Assembly: GCA_032718475.1 (NCBI GenBank)
Contig: JAUCBJ010000957.1
Span: 1 to 43,016 of the forward strand
Source: Nemertoderma westbladi
Taxonomy: Eukaryota; Animalia; Xenacoelomorpha
Reading direction: 5' to 3'
DNA: 43,016 nt
A model generated the notes under the pieces. The model made no database searches. It was not told the DNA's origin and was given only the letters and a program-made list of their open reading frames with translations. Made by a program: the position numbers and the translations under genes. Positions 12,013 through 22,577 of the stretch are shown here, piece by piece. The stretch's first letter is position 1. Every line of letters starts with the position of its first letter.

Positions 12013-12348
12013 GAATCAGGACATTAAGCCCAAAATACCTTCCAGCCCCTAAGGCCATCAAGGAACACAAAACAAAACAAACAAAAAACACAAACAAAAG
12101 TATAGATTCAGGACATTAAGCCCAAAATACCTTCCAGACCCTAAGGCCATCAAGGAACACAAAACAAAACAAACAAAAAAACACAAACAAAATATATTAT
12201 ACCATGCTCCACATACAAGTATGTATCGCAACCCTAACCCTAAACCTAACCGCCATACACTAAATGATACCGGTATTAAACTGCACAAAAGCTAAGCCTA
12301 TATTATATAAGAAAATATATGACATTTTTGTCGCCGTGAAAGAGGTAG

Positions 12349-12443
12349 GACTAAAACAAAAATAATTAATTTGTTAAAAATATGGTTGCGTTTCGGCGTC
12401 TAGGACCAGTACGCGCTAATCCTCGACACCTCATCAGCTGGAC
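12349..12443 (-). ncRNA. Hammerhead ribozyme-like motif, copy 1
   Basis: Minus strand reads guccag CUGAUGA ggugucgaggauuag-cgcgua-cugguccuagacgcc GAAAC. The catalytic boxes flank a long stem II (gguguc/gacgcc, agga/uccu, uuag/cugg). Candidate GUC at 12351-12349. Stems I and III are weak. Confidence 0.55.
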
Positions 12444-12778
12444 AGGGAATTAGCCAAGCCTAACTATATTGCACCATTGACCTAAATTAATCGCACCATC
12501 AACTCAGTTACCACTCAGCCCAAACAGACTTCAGACCTCAGAACATTGGAACCCTATAGGCCTACGGTAAGTAAACATGTTACCAATGGAAAACTGGTAG
12601 TTTGCTAGAGCAAACACACAGCACAAAAATTATATAAGATTTAACAACATGCAGTGATGCCGGAGTTCTGCTCTATTCATATGTGATAATTGAATGTACC
12701 GACATACTGACTAACAGGGGGTTGTGATGTATATATTATCTTTAAGGTAAACACTAGAGACTTACACCCTTTAACTAC

Positions 12779-12809
<31 letters not shown>

Positions 12810-13145
12810 GAATCAGGACATTAAGCCCAAAATACCTTCCAGCCCCTAAGGCCATCAAGGAACACAAAACAAAACAAACAAAAAACACAAACAAAAGTAT
12901 AGATTCAGGACATTAAGCCCAAAATACCTTCCAGACCCTAAGGCCATCAAGGAACACAAAACAAAACAAACAAAAAAACACAAACAAAATATATTATACC
13001 ATGCTCCACATACAAGTATGTATCGCAACCCTAACCCTAAACCTAACCGCCATACACTAAATGATACCGGTATTAAACTGCACAAAAGCTAAGCCTATAT
13101 TATATAAGAAAATATATGACATTTTTGTCGCCGTGAAAGAGGTAG

Positions 13146-13240
13146 GACTAAAACAAAAATAATTAATTTGTTAAAAATATGGTTGCGTTTCGGCGTCTAG
13201 GACCAGTACGCGCTAATCCTCGACACCTCATCAGCTGGAC
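13146..13240 (-). ncRNA. Hammerhead ribozyme-like motif, copy 2
   Basis: Identical core gtttcggcgtc...gacacctcatcag at 13187-13234. Confidence 0.55.
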
Positions 13241-13574
13241 AGGGAATTAGCCAAGCCTAACTATATTGCACCATTGACCTAAATTAATCGCACCATCAAC
13301 TCAGTTACCACTCAGCCCAAACAGACTTCAGACCTCAGAACATTGGAACCCTATAGGCCTACGGTAAGTAAACATGTTACCAATGGAAAACTGGTAGTTT
13401 GCTAGAGCAAACATACAGCACAAAAATTATATAAGATTTAACAACATGCAGTGATGCCGGAGTTCTGCTCTATTCATATGTGATAATTGAATGTACCGAC
13501 ATACTGACTAACAGGGGGTTGTGATGTATATATTATCTTTAAGGTAAACACTAGAGACTTACACCCTTTAACTA

Positions 13575-13611
<37 letters not shown>

Positions 13612-13947
13612 GAATCAGGACATTAAGCCCAAAATACCTTCCAGCCCCTAAGGCCATCAAGGAACACAAAACAAAACAAACAAAAAACACAAACAAAAGT
13701 ATAGATTCAGGACATTAAGCCCAAAATACCTTCCAGACCCTAAGGCCATCAAGGAACACAAAACAAAACAAACAAAAAAACACAAACAAAATATATTATA
13801 CCATGCTCCACATACAAGTATGTATCGCAACCCTAACCCTAAACCTAACCGCCATACACTAAATGATACCGGTATTAAACTGCACAAAAGCTAAGCCTAT
13901 ATTATATAAGAAAATATATGACATTTTTGTCGCCGTGAAAGAGGTAG

Positions 13948-14042
13948 GACTAAAACAAAAATAATTAATTTGTTAAAAATATGGTTGCGTTTCGGCGTCT
14001 AGGACCAGTACGCGCTAATCCTCGACACCTCATCAGCTGGAC
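13948..14042 (-). ncRNA. Hammerhead ribozyme-like motif, copy 3
   Basis: Identical core at 13989-14036. Confidence 0.55.
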
Positions 14043-14747
14043 AGGGAATTAGCCAAGCCTAACTATATTGCACCATTGACCTAAATTAATCGCACCATCA
14101 ACTCAGTTACCACTCAGCCCAAACAGACTTCAGACCTCAGAACATTGGAACCCTATAGGCCTACGGTAAGTAAACATGTTACCAATGGAAAACTGGTAGT
14201 TTGCTAGAGCAAACACACAGCACAAAAATTATATAAGATTTAACAACATGCAGTGATGCCGGAGTTCTGCTCTATTCATATGTGATAATTGAATGTACCG
14301 ACATACTGACTAACAGGGGGTTGTGATGTATATATTATCTTTAAGGTAAACACTAGAGACTTACACCCTTTAACTACTGAACTACAAAAAAAAAAAAAAA
14401 AAAAAAATACAGAATCAGGACATTAAGCCCAAAATACCTTCCAGCCCCTAAGGCCATCAAGGAACACAAAACAAAACAAACAAAAAACACAAACAAAAGT
14501 ATAGATTCAGGACATTAAGCCCAAAATACCTTCCAGACCCTAAGGCCATCAAGGAACACAAAACAAAACAAACAAAAAAACACAAACAAAATATATTATA
14601 CCATGCTCCACATACAAGTATGTATCGCAACCCTAACCCTAAACCTAACCGCCATACACTAAATGATACCGGTATTAAACTGCACAAAAGCTAAGCCTAT
14701 ATTATATAAGAAAATATATGACATTTTTGTCGCCGTGAAAGAGGTAG

Positions 14748-14842
14748 GACTAAAACAAAAATAATTAATTTGTTAAAAATATGGTTGCGTTTCGGCGTCT
14801 AGGACCAGTACGCGCTAATCCTCGACACCTCATCAGCTGGAC
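14748..14842 (-). ncRNA. Hammerhead ribozyme-like motif, copy 4
   Basis: Identical core at 14789-14836. Confidence 0.55.
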
Positions 14843-15538
14843 AGGGAATTAGCCAAGCCTAACTATATTGCACCATTGACCTAAATTAATCGCACCATCA
14901 ACTCAGTTACCACTCAGCCCAAACAGACTTCAGACCTCAGAACATTGGAACCCTATAGGCCTACGGTAAGTAAACATGTTACCAATGGAAAACTGGTAGT
15001 TTGCTAGAGCAAACACACAGCACAAAAATTATATAAGATTTAACAACATGCAGTGATGCCGGAGTTCTGCTCTATTCATATGTGATAATTGAATGTACCG
15101 ACATACTGACTAACAGGGGGTTGTGATGTATATATTATCTTTAAGGTAAACACTAGAGACTTACACCCTTTAACTACAAAAAAAAAAAAAAAAAAAAATA
15201 CAGAATCAGGACATTAAGCCCAAAATACCTTCCAGCCCCTAAGGCCATCAAGGAACACAAAACAAAACAAACAAAAAACACAAACAAAAGTATAGATTCA
15301 GGACATTAAGCCCAAAATACCTTCCAGACCCTAAGGCCATCAAGGAACACAAAACAAAACAAACAAAAAAACACAAACAAAATATATTATACCATGCTCC
15401 ACATACAAGTATGTATCGCAACCCTAACCCTAAACCTAACCACCATACACTAAATGATACCGGTATTAAACTGCACAAAAGCTAAGCCTATATTATATAA
15501 GAAAATATATGACATTTTTGTCGCCGTGAAAGAGGTAG

Positions 15539-15633
15539 GACTAAAACAAAAATAATTAATTTGTTAAAAATATGGTTGCGTTTCGGCGTCTAGGACCAGT
15601 ACGCGCTAATCCTCGACACCTCATCAGCTGGAC
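15539..15633 (-). ncRNA. Hammerhead ribozyme-like motif, copy 5
   Basis: Identical core at 15580-15627. Confidence 0.55.
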
Positions 15634-15968
15634 AGGGAATTAGCCAAGCCTAACTATATTGCACCATTGACCTAAATTAATCGCACCATCAACTCAGTTA
15701 CCACTCAGCCCAAACAGACTTCAGACCTCAGAACATTGGAACCCTATAGGCCTACGGTAAGTAAACATGTTACCAATGGAAAACTGGTAGTTTGCTAGAG
15801 CAAACACACAGCACAAAAATTATATAAGATTTAACAACATGCAGTGATGCCGGAGTTCTGCTCTATTCATATGTGATAATTGAATGTACCGACATACTGA
15901 CTAACAGGGGGTTGTGATGTATATATTATCTTTAAGGTAAACACTAGAGACTTACACCCTTTAACTAC

Positions 15969-15999
<31 letters not shown>

Positions 16000-16362
16000 G
16001 AATCAGGACATTAAGCCCAAAATACCTTCCAGCCCCTAAGGCCATCAAGGAACACAAAACAAAACAAACAAAAAACACAAACAAAAGTATAGATTCAGGA
16101 CATTAAGCCCAAAATACCTTCCAGACCCTAAGGCCATCAAGGAACACAAAACAAAACAAACAAAAAAACACAAACAAAATATATTATACCATGCTCCACA
16201 TACAAGTATGTATCGCAACCCTAACCCTAAACCTAACCGCCATACACTAAATGATACCGGTATTAAACTGCACAAAAGCTAAGCCTATATTATATAAGAA
16301 AATATATGACATTTTTGTCGCCGTGAAAGAGCTAGTAAGTCTCTATAGTGTTTACCTTAAAG

Positions 16363-16544
16363 GTTCATTATACTTGACATAGTGAACCCGGCGTAGCATT
16401 CTTGTGAATGTGCCATCCAGAGATTTGGTGTCCTCGGTATTTAGAGCTCAGCATGCACTCCCATAGAGGAGTACTGACAAGTGCTGGCCTACTGCTGCTT
16501 TTAAGTTTCCGACGTATTCAATGTAATTTCCAGATCATTGACAG
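16363..16544 (-). mobile_element. Continuation of the minus-strand RTE-like LINE interrupted at 11871
   Basis: tacttgacatagtgaacccggcgtagcattcttgtgaatgtgccatccagagatttgg is the reverse complement of the adjacent RTE coding sequence (KSLDGTFTRMLRRVH). Confidence 0.85.
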
Positions 16545-17036
16545 ATCATAAGGTCCGATTATTTAGAGCAGCAGTAGTTCCAGTACTCCTCTACGGGAGT
16601 CCATGCTGGGCTCTAACTGCCGAGGACACCAAATCTCTGGATGGCACATTCACAAGAATGCTACGCCGGGTTCATTGTGTCAAGTACAATGCACACATCT
16701 CCAACCAGACACTATATAACATTGGAGGTGTCTCATTGGTTCCCCCAAGCTTGACACTAGAACAAAATCGCCTCCGTTTTGCAGGACATTGCTTTCGCCG
16801 TGAGGACCAGCCAGTGCATAATCTTGTACTTTGGCAGCCTCATGGAGTGAATAAGCATGGTGGACAGCCCATGACTTTCTTGAGACGCATCTTAAAGGAC
16901 ACTGGCCTTAAAGATGCGGATGATCTAGCAAATGTCATGGGTGATAGGTAGTTGTAGCGGTGCAATTTTGTTGACAAGCCGGCACAGCATTCTTAAAAAT
17001 GCAGCTGCAATGCAGCATGCCGATCCTAGTAGTAGT
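16545..17036 (+). mobile_element. 5'-truncated RTE-like LINE with (TAG)n tail, flanked by 130-bp direct repeats
   Basis: ORF KVRLFRAAVVPVLLYGSPCWALT...RLRFAGHCFRR (RTE thumb/C-terminus). Tail tagtagtagt. 16415-16544 is repeated at 17037-17166. Confidence 0.88.
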
Positions 17037-17459
17037 ATCCAGAGATTTGGTGTCCTCGGTATTTAGAGCTCAGCATCCACTCCCATAGAGGAGTACTGAC
17101 AAGTGCTAGCCTACTGCTGCTTTTAAGTTTCCGACGTATTCAATGTAATTTCCAGATCATTGACAGCCTCATATACAGTAGTTATATATGTTAGTTACAG
17201 TTATCATATGAAGTTGCATTTCTATTAGCAATGTCATTAAAAAAAAGACAAATTATTCTAAAATTAACTCATTACCAGTTTAGCGAAATTCACTAACTAC
17301 AGTATGCCTATGTACTGTACAGTATTCTGTCCGAGCGGTGGACTTTTTCACTTGTTGGTAAGTTGTAAGAGTTTCTAACATGTCAACGAGTGGAAAAAAT
17401 CAACACTCGAGTTCAGTAGGCCTATATCTGAATTTCATCGACAACATTTGTGTCTACAG

Positions 17460-18470
17460 TTGATCGTGACACAGAACCATTTGAAGTGTTATGGGGCGTC
17501 CTCCAGGCTAGGGAGACACACTTGCACCATTCTTGTTCATAATTGTGGTTGACTATGTTCTACGCATGTCATTAGATCATCATAATGATGATGGGGTGAT
17601 GATAACTCTACCTACTGGCTCCAGAAGTCGAGGAAATCCTGCCAAGTACCTAACTGATCTAGACTTTGCTGATGACTTAGGAGTACTCTCAGAATCACTA
17701 GAGGGAGCCCAACGGCTCCTCAGCTCATTAGAACATGCTGCTTCTAGTGTTGGTCTTTTTATTAACTCCAGAAAGACCAAAATGTTGGCAGTTAACTTTA
17801 AAGTCGTCAGCAAGTCTCTGATCGGATGAGCATAAGCTCAAAGGATGGTATGCTTGAGCATGTGGACAACTTCTGTTACCTTGGATCATGGATCCGGAAG
17901 TCAGGTGAGGACCTTCGAATACGCATGGGCAGCCTTGAATAGGCTTTCCAGGATTTGGAAGTCACCGATAATTAATCGGAAACTTAAGGTCCGATTATTT
18001 AGAGCAGCAGTAGTTCCAGTACTCCTCTATGGGAATCCATGCTGCGCTCTAACTGCTGAGGACACCAAATCTCTGGATGGCACATTCACAAGAATGCTAC
18101 GCCGGGTCCATTGTGCCAAGTAAAATGCACACATCTCCAACCAGACACTATATATCATTGGAGGTGTCTCATTGGTTCCCCCAAGCTTGACACTAGAACA
18201 AAATCGCCTCCGCTTTGCAGGACATTGCTTTCGCCGTGAGGACCAGGCAGTGCATAATCTTGTACTTTGGCAGCCTCATGGAGTGAATAAGCATGGTGGA
18301 CAGCCCATGACTTTCTTGAGACGCATCTTAAATGACACTGGCCTTGAAGATACGGATGATCTAGCAAATGTCATAGGTGATAGGGAGTTGTGGCGGTGCA
18401 ATTTTGTCGATAAGCCGGCACAGCACTCTTAAAAATGCAGCTACAATGCAGCATGCCGATCCTAGTAGTA
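17460..18470 (+). mobile_element. 5'-truncated, frameshifted RTE-like LINE (RT motifs 4-7 to 3' tail)
   Basis: GVLQ..GDTLAPFLFIIVVDYVLR, LTDLDFADDL and GLFINSRKTK, with the same C-terminus as the 16545 copy. Ends gatcctagtagtag. Confidence 0.9.
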
Positions 18471-18777
18471 GCAATAATTAGTCTACACATGTTGTGAATT
18501 ACAATTAACATAAAAATACAGTAAAATAAGGAAGCGAATTTTCATTCGTTGTAAAGGGCAAAAATTTACTTATGAACCCAGAAAACGAAAATAACCAAAA
18601 GGTAATAAAACATTGTTGCGCGGGTGTAGCCAACATGTATTTTACACATTTTTGTGTGGTATTGTTAAATAATTTACAATAGTTTTTGAGTTATTAAAAA
18701 AAATCAAGTCTCCCCTAACGTCAAGTGGAGACTTGCCCTACACTCACCCTACATACATAAATATACTACCGTATAAT

Positions 18778-18823
18778 CAAGGACTACAGTACTCTACTAG
18801 AGAGACTAGTAGAGTAGTCCTTC
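18778..18823. mobile_element. Palindromic micro-element (caaggactac...gtagtcctt), same family as 34654-34694
   Basis: Hairpin flanked by actaccgtataat / actactgtataat direct repeats (18765-18777, 18824-18836). Confidence 0.6.
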
Positions 18824-19038
18824 ACTACTGTATAATCTGTGTTGTGTAACTGGTCGCTGAAATAATGTGACTACCCGTCCAGTGGCCAGCTCCACATAGA
18901 CATCACATTTGTTATAATTTTATGTAATTTGTTAAATTTTTGCAGTCTATGTGTGAGAAATTGTTAATATATCTTATCTTAGCTAAATCCAACTACTTAT
19001 GCATTGTTTACTCAGTTGCTGGACAACACTGGTATTAT

Positions 19039-19140
19039 TACTGTTTACGAAAACATTGACAGACCCGAGTTGTTCCATTACAACAGGAATACTGTTTACG
19101 AGAACATTGACAGACCCGAGTTGTTCCATTACAACAGGAA
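19039..19140 (+). repeat. 51-bp tandem duplication
   Basis: tactgtttacga(a/g)aacattgacagacccgagttgttccattacaacaggaa occurs twice. Confidence 0.9.
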
Positions 19141-19542
19141 TCAACAATTTTCTGTCCTTAGAATAAAAATGAGCTTCCCTTTCAAATAATTATTTAATGC
19201 AAATTTTGTTATTCAGTATACAATGTAAAATGTGCCAGCCGGAATTACAGTGACGTCACACACATTAAACAGCCATCTGAATTCCTTGATATTTTATTTA
19301 AAAATGCTCACATATTTCAACCTTCGACTAATAAATAGGCGGTTCCGCTTTAAATGTCATTGTTTCTTGTATTAATTCATTTCGATTATATTATTTTAAT
19401 AAAAAGTACGAAAAATGTGTAAAAATGTAGTATGGGCCTATATGGCAGTGAAGGTTAATGGAAGATACTGTACTACTGTAAGATAAAACCATCTTACAAG
19501 TTGACATACTGTACTGTACCATATATATACAGTATATACATT

Positions 19543-19752
19543 TACGGTGGCTGAAAGCGGCCAATATAATTCACTACTTTTTTAATTTTTATTTTGATCA
19601 ACATTTTTTTCTTGAATTTCAACCCGGGTTGATATTAATTTCAACCCGGGTTGATATTATTTTCAACCCGGGTTGAAATTCAAGAAAAAAATGTTGATCA
19701 AAATAAAAATTAAAAAAGTAGTAAATTATTTTGGCCGCTTTCAGCCACCGTA
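19543..19752. mobile_element. Near-perfect palindromic MITE with TACGG...CCGTA termini and 6-bp TSD (IS3EU-like)
   Basis: Arms of ~90 bp are reverse complements. The centre has three tcaacccgggttga palindromes. tacatt is duplicated at 19537-19542 and 19753-19758. Confidence 0.8.
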
Positions 19753-20813
19753 TACATTACCTTTAGATCAATTTTACTTAAAACTAAGTTTTTTCAGTTA
19801 CATGGTTTTGACTTAAGAGGGCAGTATTATGTATTGGGTTTAGCCGTTTAAAAGCAGTTTAGCAGTTGGATTTATTGTTGTCCACTTGGTTATTACAATA
19901 AAAAGTATCTCGGTCCAATGCCATTATGTCATCTCTGATTCACCTAACTATTCTGACGTCACACGTATGTTTTATTTTTCCCCAACTGGTACCATTCCAC
20001 AGTGAGGCATCCCTAACACGGTGTGGGGTCTGGGTCTGACTTACACCTCGCCTCGTTGGAAAGAAATTAAATAGCGTTGTAGTTTATCCTTACAACTCAT
20101 GTAAAAGATGTAATCTTTTCTTTCTTCTCGACTCAAGAATCTCGAGCATTTGGTACCTTGGTTAGGGAAAGATGCGGCATAAACTATTACTTCGGCTCTA
20201 CTGCTGCCCGCATTAATATATTTTATTTTGACTTTAACTAAGAATCCACAAAGCGCCAGGTTATACAAGTATACAATATACAAACTCAATGGAATCAAAA
20301 ACAATCTTTAAGTGAAGTAAAAGTAAAGTTTTATTCGGTTGTAAGGACAGGGATTACGCACTAACCTCTAGAACTAAAGTGATATTTCTGAGAGGAGGTT
20401 AGGTTATATAAAATATCGGCGCCGTTTTTAGCTAAAAAGAGGCAAAGAGGTTATCCCGATAAAGGATATAAATATATACAGTACAAATACTGTATACATA
20501 AAACCCTGCCGCTGTAAAGTGCTCCCCATTCCCTGAAATGTTAAAGTGATCGTTTATTGTTTTGGTAAATAAAGGAATAAGCGCATGGGAATAAGTGCAT
20601 GGGAATAAGTGGGAATCGGTTGAAGGGAGTCAAAGGGGATATGACTCGACATGCTACTAATTTAAAAGTTTCACTTTGATTCATTGATTGAAATTAAAAT
20701 CATTAAAATCAGATTCACTGAAAACATTAATAACCTGAAAATCAATGTATTTTTGATCAGTTACAAATATATATAATTCACTACAAAATACAACAATTTT
20801 GTTACCGGTAACT

Positions 20814-22577
20814 TTAAGATTTATGAACAGAATTGATATGGGTGTTTAGGCAGTCTTGCCGACTGAATTCTTTATTACAATAACCGCATTTATGTTTGAT
20901 ATCTTTATGTATAGAATCGATATGTTTTTTTAGGTCGTCTTTGTAACTGAATTCTTTATTACAATAACCGCACTTATGTTTGATATCTTTATGTATAGAG
21001 TCGACATGTCGGTTTAGTGCGGCTTTTCTAGCAAATAATTTTCCACAATCGGAGCAGCTATACTTGATGATACCTTTGTGGGCAAAGTTAATGTGGGCGT
21101 TTAGACTACTTTGCCGGCTTAATTCTTTATTACAATAACCGCACTTAAGTTTGATATCTTTATGTATAGAGTCGACATGTCGGTTTAGTTCGGCCTTTGA
21201 AGCAAATGATTTTACACAATCGGAGCAGCTATACTTGATGATACCTTTGTGGGCAAAGTTAACGTGGGTATTTAGACTCCTTTTCTGGCTGAATTCTTTA
21301 TTACAATAATCGCACTTATGTTTGATATCTTTATGTACAGAGTCAACATGTGGTTTTATGTCGTGTTTGTGTTTGAATTCTTTATTACAATAACCGCATT
21401 TATGTTTTATATCTTTGTGAACGGATTCGACATGTTGTTTTAGTACGGCTTTAGAAGCAAATGATTTTCCACAATCAAAACAGTTGTACTTGATATCTTT
21501 ATGAAAGTAGTTGACATGGGTGGTTAGATTTCCTTGGTGGCTGAATTCTTTATTACAATAACCGCACTTATGTTTGATATCTTTATGTATAGAGTCGACA
21601 TGTCGGTTTAGTGCGGCTTTTCTAGCAAATGAGTTTCCACAATCGGAGCAGCTATACTTGATGATACCTTTGTGGGCAAAGTTAATGTGGGCGTTTAGAC
21701 TACTTTGCCGGCTTAATTCTTTATTACAATAACCGCACTTAAGTTTGATATCTTTATGTATAGAGTCGACATGTCGGTTTAGTTCGGCCTTTGAAGCAAA
21801 TGATTTTACACAATCGGAGCAGCTATACTTGATGATACCTTTGTGGACAAAGTTAACGTGGGTGTTTAGATTCCTTTGCTGACAGAATTCTCTATTACAA
21901 TAACCGCACTTATATTTAATATCTTTATGTATAGAGTCGACATGTCGTTTTATGTCGTGTATGTAACTGAATTCTTTATGACAGTAACCGCACTTATGTT
22001 TGATATCTTTATGGGTATCGTCAACATGCTTCTTTACATAATTTTTTATTTTAAACACTTTCTCACAATAATCGCATTTATACTTATTCTTGACGTCTTT
22101 ATGAACGGATTCTATATGTCTCTCTAAAATTCCTTTGTTATCAAATAATTCATTACAATGCAAACAGGAACTGGTGTCTGAAGAAGATACCAACTCCCCA
22201 ACAGTTTCATTAGAACTACCGGACTCTGTTGTTGCACAACTAATTGTTGGTTCTGTACCTTCAGTTCCAATGGGCCTATCATACGAACAGTCTGGACTAT
22301 TGTTTTCCCGTTTTTCAACAATAAAATAATCTCCAGATGGTTCATAAGAAATATCTTCGTCATCTAGTACAGGGACAACATTTACTCTACCGAACAAATT
22401 GTTGTGATCTTCGATGGGAGATGATCCGTAAACGCAGTTCTCTTGTTTAACATCACGAGAATAGGGGGTGGAGTCTGTTGGTTCTTTCTTTATAATTATA
22501 AAGTCTGTTGGTTCTTTCTTTATAACTATATCGGCGCCAGATGATTTCTCTTTCAATAAATTAGTATGTTGATCCAT
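20814..22577 (-). CDS. Tandem C2H2 zinc-finger protein (16 C-x2-C...H-x4-H fingers), single-exon CDS
   Basis: 589-codon open frame with first ATG at 22577 (MDQHTN). KDIK/KGIIK linkers. Acidic N-terminus with IKKEP twice and VKQE. Confidence 0.9.
   Translation of the reverse strand: MDQHTNLLKEKSSGADIVIKKEPTDFIIIKKEPTDSTPYSRDVKQENCVYGSSPIEDHNNLFGRVNVVPVLDDEDISYEPSGDYFIVEKRENNSPDCSYDRPIGTEGTEPTISCATTESGSSNETVGELVSSSDTSSCLHCNELFDNKGILERHIESVHKDVKNKYKCDYCEKVFKIKNYVKKHVDDTHKDIKHKCGYCHKEFSYIHDIKRHVDSIHKDIKYKCGYCNREFCQQRNLNTHVNFVHKGIIKYSCSDCVKSFASKAELNRHVDSIHKDIKLKCGYCNKELSRQSSLNAHINFAHKGIIKYSCSDCGNSFARKAALNRHVDSIHKDIKHKCGYCNKEFSHQGNLTTHVNYFHKDIKYNCFDCGKSFASKAVLKQHVESVHKDIKHKCGYCNKEFKHKHDIKPHVDSVHKDIKHKCDYCNKEFSQKRSLNTHVNFAHKGIIKYSCSDCVKSFASKAELNRHVDSIHKDIKLKCGYCNKELSRQSSLNAHINFAHKGIIKYSCSDCGKLFARKAALNRHVDSIHKDIKHKCGYCNKEFSYKDDLKKHIDSIHKDIKHKCGYCNKEFSRQDCLNTHINSVHKS

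Larger units (their letters stand above)
11872..16362 (-). mobile_element. Tandem array of ~5.6 near-identical ~800-bp non-coding units with 13-bp TSD; retrozyme/Penelope-like non-autonomous retroelement candidate
   Basis: Units start at 11885, 12688, 13485, 14287, 15087 and 15878 (last one partial). gttcattatactt is duplicated at 11859-11871 and 16363-16375. 16335-16362 is an inverted copy of 11937-11962. Each full unit has a hammerhead-like core. Confidence 0.75.

Noticed and set aside
12540-12640. Spliced-leader RNA or snRNA gene array (donor-like G/GTAAGT at ~12565 with two hairpins; Sm-like ATTTTTG at ~12324)
   Set aside because: The Sm-like site is upstream of the donor instead of shortly downstream, there is no match to U snRNAs or leaders I know, and the TSD-bounded insertion into a LINE fits a mobile element better. 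Not fully excluded without transcript 5' ends.
12058-16275. Six repeated 76-aa hydrophobic ORFs (MCSLIPVSF...)
   Set aside because: Non-ATG start, and the sequence is the translation of low-complexity (aaac)n and ccctaa tracts in the repeat unit. No protein family resemblance.
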